A stretch of DNA of 64,000 nucleotides, taken from positions 66,236 through 130,235 of the forward strand of contig JBDRKO010000026.1 of the NCBI GenBank assembly GCA_043813915.1. The letters are read 5' to 3'. Position 1 is the first letter of the stretch; the number at the start of each line of letters is the position of its first letter. The notes beneath the pieces are model-generated. The model saw nothing but the letters and a program-made list of their open reading frames with translations, had not been told where the DNA came from and ran no database searches. This document shows positions 19,238 through 27,721 of this stretch, piece by piece. The translations under genes were made by a program, and so were the position numbers. This stretch comes from Candidatus Omnitrophota bacterium (lineage in GTDB: Bacteria > Omnitrophota > Gorgyraeia > Tantalellales > Tantalellaceae).

Positions 19238-20464
19238 ATGTCTAAACTTTACAAGAGAAGAATAATCGATGAAATACAAGATTATCTTTTTACGGATGAT
19301 ATTATTGTTTTGCATGGGGCAAGACAGGTGGGGAAAACGAGTATTCTTTACTGGCTTAGGGATCTTTTATCCAGGGAAGAAAAGATAGTTTATTATGTCG
19401 ATCTCGAGGATTCTCGTTTTGTTAGGATATTAGACCAGGGGATCGACAGTTTTGTTGACCATTTAAAAGAGGAGGGGATCTATAGCGAAAAGGAAAGCGC
19501 GCATTCTGAAAAAGTTTATGTTTTTATAGATGAGATCCAGTATTTAAATGACCCTTCTTCTTTTCTAAAATTAACAGCGGATCACCATAAATTTTTGAAA
19601 TTGATAGTTACGGGTTCATCAAGCTTTGATATCCAGAGTAAATTTAAGGATTCCCTTGTTGGAAGAACAGTCGATTTTGAGATATTTAATTTATCATTTA
19701 GTGAGTTCCTTGAGTTCAAAGAGTATGTTTTTAATGAAAAGAATGTTTTTTCGGATAAAAAGGTAGAAGAATTACGGGGTTTGTTCTTAGAATATGTTCT
19801 TTATGGGGGGTATCCCAAGATCGTGTTATCTCCTGAAGTTCATAGAAAGGAAAAATATTTGCAGCAGATCATAGATACGTATGTCAGAAAAGATATTCGG
19901 GACCTTGCCGATGTCAAAGATATCGATAAATTTAACAAATTAGTAGAGATCCTAGCCGCGCAAAGCGGGAATTTATTGAATATAACAGAGCTATCAAATA
20001 CTTGCGGAATAGCAAAGCAGACGGTTGAGAGATATTTGTTTATTTTGGAGAACACTTATATTTTAAAGCAAGTAAGACCCTATCATAAAAATATACGCTC
20101 AGAATTATTCAAAGTCCCTAAAATTTTCTTTTATGATAGCGGGTTAATGCAAATGCTATGGCTTAAAAAGTTACAGAAGGAAGTTCTTGGAAGCGTGTTT
20201 GAGACGGCAGTTTTTTCTGAGTTAGTTAAGAAATATCACAAAAACAGTGTTTTGTATTGGAGAACCGCTGATAAAAAAGAGATAGATTTCATTTTGCGGG
20301 ATAAAAACGGGATCTTGCCTATAGAGGTTAAGTTGAATTTTCAGCAATTTAATTCGTCATCTATCAGGTACTTTAATAAAAAGTACGACAATACAAAATA
20401 TAAAGTGGTTGGTCTAAAAGGAGACTGCGAAGAGGGATCTTATGTTTATCCATGGCAGCTTTAA
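19238..20464 (+). CDS. AAA+ ATPase (AAA_14 + DUF4143 type) with HTH and C-terminal PD-(D/E)xK-like motif
   Basis: GARQVGKT, FIDEIQ, TGSSS, LVGR, YGGYP, PKIFFYDSG, EIDF...IEVK; AT-rich. Confidence 0.88.
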   Translation: MSKLYKRRIIDEIQDYLFTDDIIVLHGARQVGKTSILYWLRDLLSREEKIVYYVDLEDSRFVRILDQGIDSFVDHLKEEGIYSEKESAHSEKVYVFIDEIQYLNDPSSFLKLTADHHKFLKLIVTGSSSFDIQSKFKDSLVGRTVDFEIFNLSFSEFLEFKEYVFNEKNVFSDKKVEELRGLFLEYVLYGGYPKIVLSPEVHRKEKYLQQIIDTYVRKDIRDLADVKDIDKFNKLVEILAAQSGNLLNITELSNTCGIAKQTVERYLFILENTYILKQVRPYHKNIRSELFKVPKIFFYDSGLMQMLWLKKLQKEVLGSVFETAVFSELVKKYHKNSVLYWRTADKKEIDFILRDKNGILPIEVKLNFQQFNSSSIRYFNKKYDNTKYKVVGLKGDCEEGSYVYPWQL

Positions 20465-20486
20465 TCGGAGAGAACAGTTTAAAAGG

Positions 20487-20663
20487 TTAACCCATGCGCC
20501 CCGGCGAAGCCCCGTGCTTCAGGGCGGGGAAAATATCCGGGGCTCAGGATCAATTGGGAACCCTTCGGCTTCGCTCCCCTCGACAAGCTCCCCTCGGCCT
20601 TGCTCGGGACAGGCGGGGCAGGCAGGGCAGGCCCCGGTCTTTAGACCAGGGTATCGGTGAATT
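20487..20663. mobile_element. MITE-like non-autonomous element, copy 1, carrying nested hairpin modules
   Basis: Homologous to 34762-34946; subterminal hairpins GCCCCGTGCTTCAGGGCGGGG and CCCCGGTCTTTAGACCAGGG. Confidence 0.55.
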
Positions 20664-20959
20664 CAGAGCACAGGGCATGGCGCATAGTATTAAGAGAGAC
20701 GAAGGAAGAGCTGTTCCCTTGTCATCCCGACCGAACGAAGAGAGCGGAGGGATCTGGTTAAAAGAACATCGGAATCGGGAGATTCCGATGCACCTCGAAC
20801 ATTACGTTCTCGGCGCCTCGATTCGCCTTTGGCTCACTCGGGATGACAGGGTAGGGACATTTTACGAATCACCCCAGCAGATTTCTTCGAAATCTAAGCG
20901 CTGGGGCAGGCGAATTACGAAATCATGACACATAACACATTACACATGACACATAACAC
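20664..20959. repeat. Mosaic repeat cluster with inverted GTCATCCCGA REP pair and ATGACAC heptamers
   Basis: GTCATCCCGAC...GGGATCT at 20721-20756, inverted partner ending TCGGGATGAC at 20847; 5 heptamers at 20925-20959. Confidence 0.8.
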
Positions 20960-22436
20960 AATTTTGCTAACGTTGCTTTTGCTGGCGGGAATACTGCTCT
21001 TCACCAATCTTGGCAATCAGTATCTTTGGCAGGATGAGGCGGAAACAGCGTGTTTGGCGAAAAATACTTTGAAGTACGGCTTTCCAAGGGCATTTGACGG
21101 TGAAAACACCGTAAACCCAAGGATAGGGGAACACTCTCATGTAGGGTTCGGTAAAGATTTCGCATGGCTTTATCATCCTTGGATGCAATTCTACATTACC
21201 GCCGGTTCTTTTTTTCTTTTCGGAATAAGCACATTTACGGCGCGTCTTCCTTTTGCTCTCATCGGACTGTTTAATTTGATACTGCTTTATTTCTTGGCGC
21301 TTAGAATAACAAAAATAAGATTTGTCGCTGTTTGTTCGGTGCTTTTAACCGCGCTTTCCGTCCCGTATCTTCTTATGATGCGGCAATGCAGATATTATGC
21401 TCCGTCGGTGTTCTTTGTGCTTGCCGCTCTTTTTTTCTATTCCCGGTTCAGAGAGAGCAGATCCAACGGGGATCTGGCGTTAACTGCAACGGCTCTGATA
21501 GCTCTGGGATATACGGTGCACGGCATTTTCGTGCCGGTCTATGCGGCTATCGGCATTCATTATATGTTTTTCTCTTTCGACAAAAAGACCTTTCCTCGGG
21601 TGGCGGCGGCGGGAATGTTCACGCTGGCGGCCGTTTTCTGGTGGTTCCTGTTATCCCAAAGTTCGGGGCATATCGCGGTTATTGCTCCGGATAAGATATT
21701 CGGCAATCTTGAGTTTCAGATACGGATGATAAATAAGTATATATTCCCGGTGATGTTTTTCGGGGCAATTTACTGTATCAGAGCCGTCTGGAAGAGGAAG
21801 ATCGGAATTGATCTTATGTCCGAAGAAAAACAGGCTATCAGTTTGATAGGTCTGGTTGTTTTAGTAAGTATTATAACGTTCTGTTTTGTAGAACAAAGGC
21901 ATCTGAGATATTTTGTGTATTTTATACCGTTATTGGCCATGGTACAAGGGCTGATATTGTTGCGTTTAGCCAGGCGGAGCAAGGTGCTTTTGGCGGGATT
22001 CCTAGCGGTCTCTGTTATCACCGGTACTTTTAATATGGGGTACCCGAACTTTCTTTTACCAAAATATATTTACGAGATAACCCATGATTATGACGGACCG
22101 ATAGAAGGCATAGTCAAGTTCCTTGAAAAGAACGCGTCTAAAGGAGATACGGTAAAGATCATATACGGGGATCTGCCGTTGATATTTTATACAGGTCTTA
22201 AAATAGATAATTCCTGGGTCTATGACGATGAGCATATGCCTAGGTGGATAGTCTTTAGACGCGGATGGCATGAGCAGTTAACTAACGATTATTACACGAA
22301 AGTAACTAAAAAATACAAAGAATATGTCCTGGCGTATCCGGATATTTTGTACGAGAACCGGCCGGGCGACCTCGGTTACCACAAATTCGCGACGGACAAG
22401 GAAGCGCCGGGGGTAATAGTGTTCGGGAGGAAATAG
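20925..22436 (+). CDS. ArnT/PMT-family (GT-C) membrane glycosyltransferase
   Basis: YLWQDEAET, HPWMQFY, TFTARLPFA, RQCRYY; many TM segments. Confidence 0.8.
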   Translation: MTHNTLHMTHNTILLTLLLLAGILLFTNLGNQYLWQDEAETACLAKNTLKYGFPRAFDGENTVNPRIGEHSHVGFGKDFAWLYHPWMQFYITAGSFFLFGISTFTARLPFALIGLFNLILLYFLALRITKIRFVAVCSVLLTALSVPYLLMMRQCRYYAPSVFFVLAALFFYSRFRESRSNGDLALTATALIALGYTVHGIFVPVYAAIGIHYMFFSFDKKTFPRVAAAGMFTLAAVFWWFLLSQSSGHIAVIAPDKIFGNLEFQIRMINKYIFPVMFFGAIYCIRAVWKRKIGIDLMSEEKQAISLIGLVVLVSIITFCFVEQRHLRYFVYFIPLLAMVQGLILLRLARRSKVLLAGFLAVSVITGTFNMGYPNFLLPKYIYEITHDYDGPIEGIVKFLEKNASKGDTVKIIYGDLPLIFYTGLKIDNSWVYDDEHMPRWIVFRRGWHEQLTNDYYTKVTKKYKEYVLAYPDILYENRPGDLGYHKFATDKEAPGVIVFGRK

Positions 22437-22669
22437 AAATAATTGTGTAAGGTGTTATGTGTAATGTGGGGAGGAATTAGTTAAAGGTTAACAAGGGCAT
22501 AGAGCACAGGGCAGAAATGGAGATAGAGGATAGAAACTAGAAACTATATTGGACCATAGACTATTGGATAAAGTTACCAGAAACCGGTTACCAGTTACCA
22601 GGGGAAAAGACGTAGATTACTGGTTACAGGTAACAGGCAACTGGTTATTGTTAGTAAGGTACAAATCAC
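22437..22669. repeat. Stacked heptamer arrays including an inverted AGTTACC/GGTAACT pair
   Basis: TGTGTAA, AGGGCAT, AGGATAG, TAGACCA and AGTTACC arrays in series. Confidence 0.8.
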
Positions 22670-22951
22670 CCCCTGCAGATTTTTTTGAAATCTAAGCGCG
22701 GGAGCAGGCAAGGCGCCGAGGACGAAATGTTCGAGGTGGGCAAAACGTCCCCGTTTTGACGGAGGTTCCGTTTGCGAGGGAAGCAGTCTAAAAGTCGAAG
22801 GTGGAAGTTCTGAGGACACTCTTCCCGTGGGAGTATAAGCCCTGGCCGAAGAATGTCCCCAGAATATATTTTTATTTCTGTTCACGCTATACGACATTCG
22901 CTATACTCTACACGATATACAAATTAACTGCCATGCGCTGTGCTCTATGCT
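22670..22951. repeat. About 280-bp composite dispersed repeat, copy 1
   Basis: Near-identical to 44761-45108; parts recur at 18898-18966, 20872-20912, 52093-52132 and 52472-52511. Confidence 0.9.
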
Positions 22952-22993
22952 AATTGTCACTGTTCACTGCAGACGAATAACACAAGAGGAAAA

Positions 22994-24073
22994 ATGAAGA
23001 TCGGATTTGATGCCAGAATGATAACCCACCCGGGCATAGGATCTTATATCAAAGGCTTGGTGCCTGAACTTATCCGTCAAGCGCCGCAAGATAAGTTCGT
23101 TATTTTCGGGGATCCCGAAAAGTTAGCATATATCCCGGAAAAGAGGAACGTAGAATTCATCAAATGGGAGCCTCCCATCTACTCGCTAAGAGAACAATTC
23201 TCTCCTTATGACGGCATGGGATTGGATATTGTGCATATCCCGCATTTTAACGTTCCTGTCTTTTGCCGCACTAAGATGGTAGTTACGGTGCATGATATTA
23301 TCTATTTACTGATGCCGCGTCCTATTTCTTCTCCGATAGCAAAGTTTTACGCAAAATTCATGATAGGACATGTCCTGAGAAGAGCGGGCAAGGTGATATC
23401 TGTTTCAAAGAGCACGAAAAATGATCTTTTATCGGTTTTCGGGAAAAAGTATTCCGAAAAAATAGATGTTGTTCACGAAGCGGCGATCGGCGCTTTTAGA
23501 AAGATCACCGATACGGATACGGTGAATATAGTGAAAGGCAAATACGGTCTTTCTGACAAGGTCGTGCTCTATGTAGGCAGTATTAAACCGCATAAGAACA
23601 TTGATACGCTAATAAAAGTATTTAAGGAACTAAAAAAGAAGGGTGCAGCTCATCAGCTTGTCATAACGGGCAGGTGGGACAAGAAAGAAGATCATTTACG
23701 GAAGTTTATTGACGGCAAGGACATAAAATATATCGGAGAGATCTCTACCGGGGATCTGGTCCTTCTATATAATCATGCCGAGGTGCTTCTCCACCTTTCT
23801 GAATATGAGGGATTCGGCCTTACCATCCTGGAGGCTATGCAGTGCGGAACCCCGGTAGTCTCATCGAACACTTCATCTCTTCCTGAAATAGCGGGTGACG
23901 CGGCGCTTTGTGTTGACCCTCTTGATATTGGACAAATATCGGATACCGTGTATAATGTGATAAACGATATTAATATTAAAAAAGGGCTGATAGAACGCGG
24001 ATTGGAACGGGCCGCTGAGTTTTCATGGCAGGAAACTGCCCGAAGGACCCTCAAAGTATATCACGAAGCGTGA
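22994..24073 (+). CDS. GT4 glycosyltransferase
   Basis: MKIGFDAR, TVHD, GSIKPHKN, YEGFGLTILEAM; RBS GAGGA. Confidence 0.9.
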   Translation: MKIGFDARMITHPGIGSYIKGLVPELIRQAPQDKFVIFGDPEKLAYIPEKRNVEFIKWEPPIYSLREQFSPYDGMGLDIVHIPHFNVPVFCRTKMVVTVHDIIYLLMPRPISSPIAKFYAKFMIGHVLRRAGKVISVSKSTKNDLLSVFGKKYSEKIDVVHEAAIGAFRKITDTDTVNIVKGKYGLSDKVVLYVGSIKPHKNIDTLIKVFKELKKKGAAHQLVITGRWDKKEDHLRKFIDGKDIKYIGEISTGDLVLLYNHAEVLLHLSEYEGFGLTILEAMQCGTPVVSSNTSSLPEIAGDAALCVDPLDIGQISDTVYNVINDINIKKGLIERGLERAAEFSWQETARRTLKVYHEA

Positions 24074-24107
24074 TTTTATGCTATAACTCTTTTATCCAGG
24101 ATGTGTT

Positions 24108-25247
24108 ATGAAAGACATCAAGGTCGCTATTACGCACGATTGGATCACAGGCATGAGAGGCGGCGAGAAATGCCTGGAGGTTTTTTGTGAACTCTTCCCG
24201 GAAGCTACTGTTTTTACTCTTCTTCACAAAAAGGGCAGTGTGTCTCCGATCATAGAGAAAATGGATATCCGGACATCCTTTATAGATAGATTCCCGAATA
24301 TATATAGTAATTACAGGTGGTTTCTGCCTTTATTCCCTAAAGCCATAGAGAAATTCGATCTTACGGGATATGATCTTGTTATTAGTTCCAGCCATTGCGT
24401 AGCCAAGGGAGTAGGGGCCAGTCCCGGCGCATTGCATATATGCTATTGCTATACACCTATGAGATATGCCTGGAAGTTTTTTGATGAATATTTTTCTAAA
24501 GGAAGATTCCTCGAAAAGGCGGCAATATCCGAGATCATAAAAGCTCTCAAAGGATGGGATATTACTTCAAATAAAAGAATTGATTATTTTATAGCGATAT
24601 CGGATAATATCAGGAATCGAATTAAGGAAATCTATAATAGGGACGCAGATGTCATATACCCGCCGGTAAATACAAGTTCCGATGAAATGAGTGTTGAGGA
24701 CAACGGAGAATATCTTATTGTTTCGGCCCTTGTCCCCTATAAACGGATCGATCTTGCTGTAAACGCCTTTAATGAAACAGGAAGAATCCTTAATATTGTA
24801 GGTACCGGCAATGATCTTAATTATTTAAAGAAGATCTCAGGCGAAAATATCAGGTTTTTTGGATGGATAACCGAGGACGAGCTTAAAGGGTTTTATAAGA
24901 GATGTAAAGCCCTGATCTTTCCGGGGGAAGAAGATTTCGGTATCGTCCCGGTCGAGGCTCAAGGATATGGAAAACCAGTGATAGCTTATGGTAAGGGCGG
25001 CGTTCTCGAAACGGTCATACCGTTTGGTGAAGGCCCCATCCCTAGAGTACATCCTACGGGTATATTTTTTCATAAACAAACCCCGGACGCTCTAAATGGA
25101 GCAATAGATATATTCGAAAGGAACCAAGATGAATTCAACCCTCAAATAATCAAAGAAAATACTGCCAGATTTAATAGGGAACGATTTAAGAACGAGATCA
25201 GGGAATATATCAGAGATAAGTGGGAGAAGCATGAAAATACGCGGTAA
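24108..25247 (+). CDS. GT4 glycosyltransferase (mannosyltransferase-like)
   Basis: HDWITGMRGGE, YTPMRYAW, PYKRIDLA, EEDFGIVPVEAQ. Confidence 0.9.
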   Translation: MKDIKVAITHDWITGMRGGEKCLEVFCELFPEATVFTLLHKKGSVSPIIEKMDIRTSFIDRFPNIYSNYRWFLPLFPKAIEKFDLTGYDLVISSSHCVAKGVGASPGALHICYCYTPMRYAWKFFDEYFSKGRFLEKAAISEIIKALKGWDITSNKRIDYFIAISDNIRNRIKEIYNRDADVIYPPVNTSSDEMSVEDNGEYLIVSALVPYKRIDLAVNAFNETGRILNIVGTGNDLNYLKKISGENIRFFGWITEDELKGFYKRCKALIFPGEEDFGIVPVEAQGYGKPVIAYGKGGVLETVIPFGEGPIPRVHPTGIFFHKQTPDALNGAIDIFERNQDEFNPQIIKENTARFNRERFKNEIREYIRDKWEKHENTR

Positions 25248-26694
25248 TATTATATCCGAAGTCGTATCGCTTATGAGGGACATTATAAAGGGCAGTATAA
25301 AGGGCCTTTTAAAGGGTATATGGTCCATCAAGTTCAGAGTTATATTGTTTTTAGGTGATATATGGTTTATAGGTCTCGGATTTTATTGCGCTTATTGGAT
25401 CAGGTTTAATTCAGGATTTTTCAGTATTCCTTTCGGAGTGCCGCACATCAACAATTATTCTAAAGCTTTGCCGATATTAACAGCCATAATGATATTTTTT
25501 ATGAACTCAAAGAGGCTTTATTCAACCGGTGCTAGATTATCGATAGTAGATGAATTTTTTACCATTGTAAAAACGACAACTATGGGAATTTTATTTTTCA
25601 TGATAGGAACATTTTTGTATAAAGAATATTCTTTTTCCAGGACCATGCTCTTTGTGGCATGGTTCGTGCTTATATTGTTCCTGATAGGGTGGAGATACCT
25701 TGTTAATAGGATACGTTTCTCTTTAAGAAAGAAAGATCGGAACCTTCTTATCGTAGGCGACAGTAAAATAGTGGGAAGATTGGTAGGGCATATAGCGGAA
25801 GATCCGCATTGGGATTACAATATCAAGGGTATATTGCGTATTGAAAAAATGTCCGAAGAGGCCGTAGAAGACATCCCGGTTCTGGGGAAGGTAGACAGAT
25901 TATGCAGCGTCATTGATGAGTGCGATATAGACGAGGTGATCTTAACCGATGTCGAAATACCGCGTTCGACGGTGTGGGATGTAATAATGGGCTGTGAAAA
26001 ACGAATGGTAAAGTTCCGGCTGGTAGCCGATCTTCTTGGGATGGTAACGAGCCAGGTAGATATGAGGACGATAGATGGGATCCCGCTTCTGGGTCTCAAA
26101 GAATCCCCCTTGGCCGAAGGATATAACCGGTTAATTAAACGGCTCGTGGACATTGTTCTTTCGGGTTTTGGCCTTCTTATCCTTTTCCCGGTATTTCTGA
26201 TAATAGGAATAACGGTAAAGATGAGTTCGCCCGGCGCTGTCTTCTATTTGCAGAAACGCATAGGTGAGGACGGACGCAAGTTCGCTATGCTGAAGTTCAG
26301 GACCATGATAGAAAAGGCCGAAAAAGGCAAGGGCCCGGTGTGGACGATAGAAAACGACCCCAGAAGAACAAAAATAGGGGGGTTTTTGAGGAAGAGCAAT
26401 CTTGATGAACTGCCTCAGCTTATTAATGTGCTGAAAGGTGAAATGAGCCTTGTCGGGCCCAGGCCTGAACGGCCTCATTTTGTCGATAAATTCAAAGACG
26501 ATATCCCCAGATATATGGCCCGCCACAAAATACGTTCGGGAATGACCGGATGGGCTCAGGTAAACGGGTTGAGAGGGAACACTTCCATCGAGGAGCGGAC
26601 TAAATACGATCTGCATTATATCGAGAACTGGTCCTTGGGTTTTGATATAAAGATACTGTTCATGTCGATATTCGCGCTTAAGAATGCGTATTAA
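25231..26694 (+). CDS. wcaJ: Undecaprenyl-phosphate sugar phosphotransferase (WcaJ/WbaP family)
   Basis: KFRTM, DPRRT, LDELPQL, MSLVGPRPE, GMTGWAQV, DLHYIENWS. Confidence 0.9.
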   Translation: MKIRGNIISEVVSLMRDIIKGSIKGLLKGIWSIKFRVILFLGDIWFIGLGFYCAYWIRFNSGFFSIPFGVPHINNYSKALPILTAIMIFFMNSKRLYSTGARLSIVDEFFTIVKTTTMGILFFMIGTFLYKEYSFSRTMLFVAWFVLILFLIGWRYLVNRIRFSLRKKDRNLLIVGDSKIVGRLVGHIAEDPHWDYNIKGILRIEKMSEEAVEDIPVLGKVDRLCSVIDECDIDEVILTDVEIPRSTVWDVIMGCEKRMVKFRLVADLLGMVTSQVDMRTIDGIPLLGLKESPLAEGYNRLIKRLVDIVLSGFGLLILFPVFLIIGITVKMSSPGAVFYLQKRIGEDGRKFAMLKFRTMIEKAEKGKGPVWTIENDPRRTKIGGFLRKSNLDELPQLINVLKGEMSLVGPRPERPHFVDKFKDDIPRYMARHKIRSGMTGWAQVNGLRGNTSIEERTKYDLHYIENWSLGFDIKILFMSIFALKNAY

Positions 26695-27125
26695 GTAGAG
26701 CAGAAGTCAGAAGACAGAGGTTAGAAGTCAGAGTGTAGGGGCACGGCATTATATAGAGTTACCAGAAACCGGTTACCAGTTACCAGAAGAAAGACGAGGG
26801 ACGAGATTGCCGCGTCGCTTCGCTCCTCGCAATGACGGATGGGGGGGTTCCGCTTTCGCTAAGGCTAAGGTGGATAGGCGCAATGACGGGTGGAGATAGA
26901 AGGACGAGATAAAACAAGTATTAAGTGTTAAGTTGTAAGTGTTATGTGGAATGTATGGCGATAATGGCATAGAGCATAGAGCGTAGAGCGTTAAATAAAG
27001 TTACCAGAAACCGGTTACCAGTTACCAGGGAAAAGCCTTAGATCACTGGTAACAGGCAACTGGTTACTTTGAAGAAGTCACTGTTCAAGGCCATGCGCCA
27101 TGCTCTATGCCCTATGCGGTTATTT
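26695..27125. repeat. Mosaic intergenic repeat cluster
   Basis: AGAAGTC heptamers, partial GTAGGGGC REP, two AGTTACCAGAAACCGGTTACCAGTTACCAG copies, GAGATTGC..TCGCAATGAC REP, inverted GCATAGA/TCTATGC arrays. Confidence 0.85.
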
Positions 27126-27151
27126 TTATGTTAGCTACACAAGGAGTTCCG

Positions 27152-27721
27152 ATGGGACGAAAATACGTTTTTATCGACAGGGACGGGGTTATTAATAAGG
27201 ATCCCGCGGGATGGACAGAGTACGGATATGTTACCACGCCGGAAGATTTCCGTGTCATAGAAGGTGTTCCTGAGGCTATAAAGATATTTACGGATGCGGG
27301 ATACGGATGCGTTATAATATCCAATCAGCAGGGTGTCGGAAAAGGATATTTTTCCCAAGAAGAGCTCCGCAAGGTAACCGAGAAGATGAATAGTATAATT
27401 GAAGATGCCGGCGGGAAAATAGAAAAAGCATACTATTGTACGCATACAAGGGAAGAGAAATGCCCCTGCCGGAAACCTAGGACAGGCCTTTTTCTGAAGG
27501 CTCGCCAAGACCTAGGCATAGAAGATCTCGATGGGAAATTCTATATAGGCGACACGGAACGCGATATCCTTGCGGGCAAGAACGCGGGGCTAAAGACCGT
27601 ATTGGTGCTTAGCGGTAAAGATACGAAAAGAGACGCGGAAGATTGGAAAGAAAAACCGGATTATATATCAAAAGATCTCAGGGAAGCGGCTGAGTTGATC
27701 GTGAAAGGAGCATATGTCTAA
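27152..27721 (+). CDS. gmhB: D,D-heptose 1,7-bisphosphate phosphatase (HAD-IIIA)
   Basis: FIDRDGVIN, ISNQQG, CTH....C.CRKP, IGD...DI.AG; RBS AAGGAG. Confidence 0.85.
   Translation: MGRKYVFIDRDGVINKDPAGWTEYGYVTTPEDFRVIEGVPEAIKIFTDAGYGCVIISNQQGVGKGYFSQEELRKVTEKMNSIIEDAGGKIEKAYYCTHTREEKCPCRKPRTGLFLKARQDLGIEDLDGKFYIGDTERDILAGKNAGLKTVLVLSGKDTKRDAEDWKEKPDYISKDLREAAELIVKGAYV

Noticed and set aside
22595-22897. Similar minus-strand ORFs at 22595-22897 and 44699-45046
   Set aside because: The similarity simply reflects the duplicated hairpin mosaic; no coding evidence.
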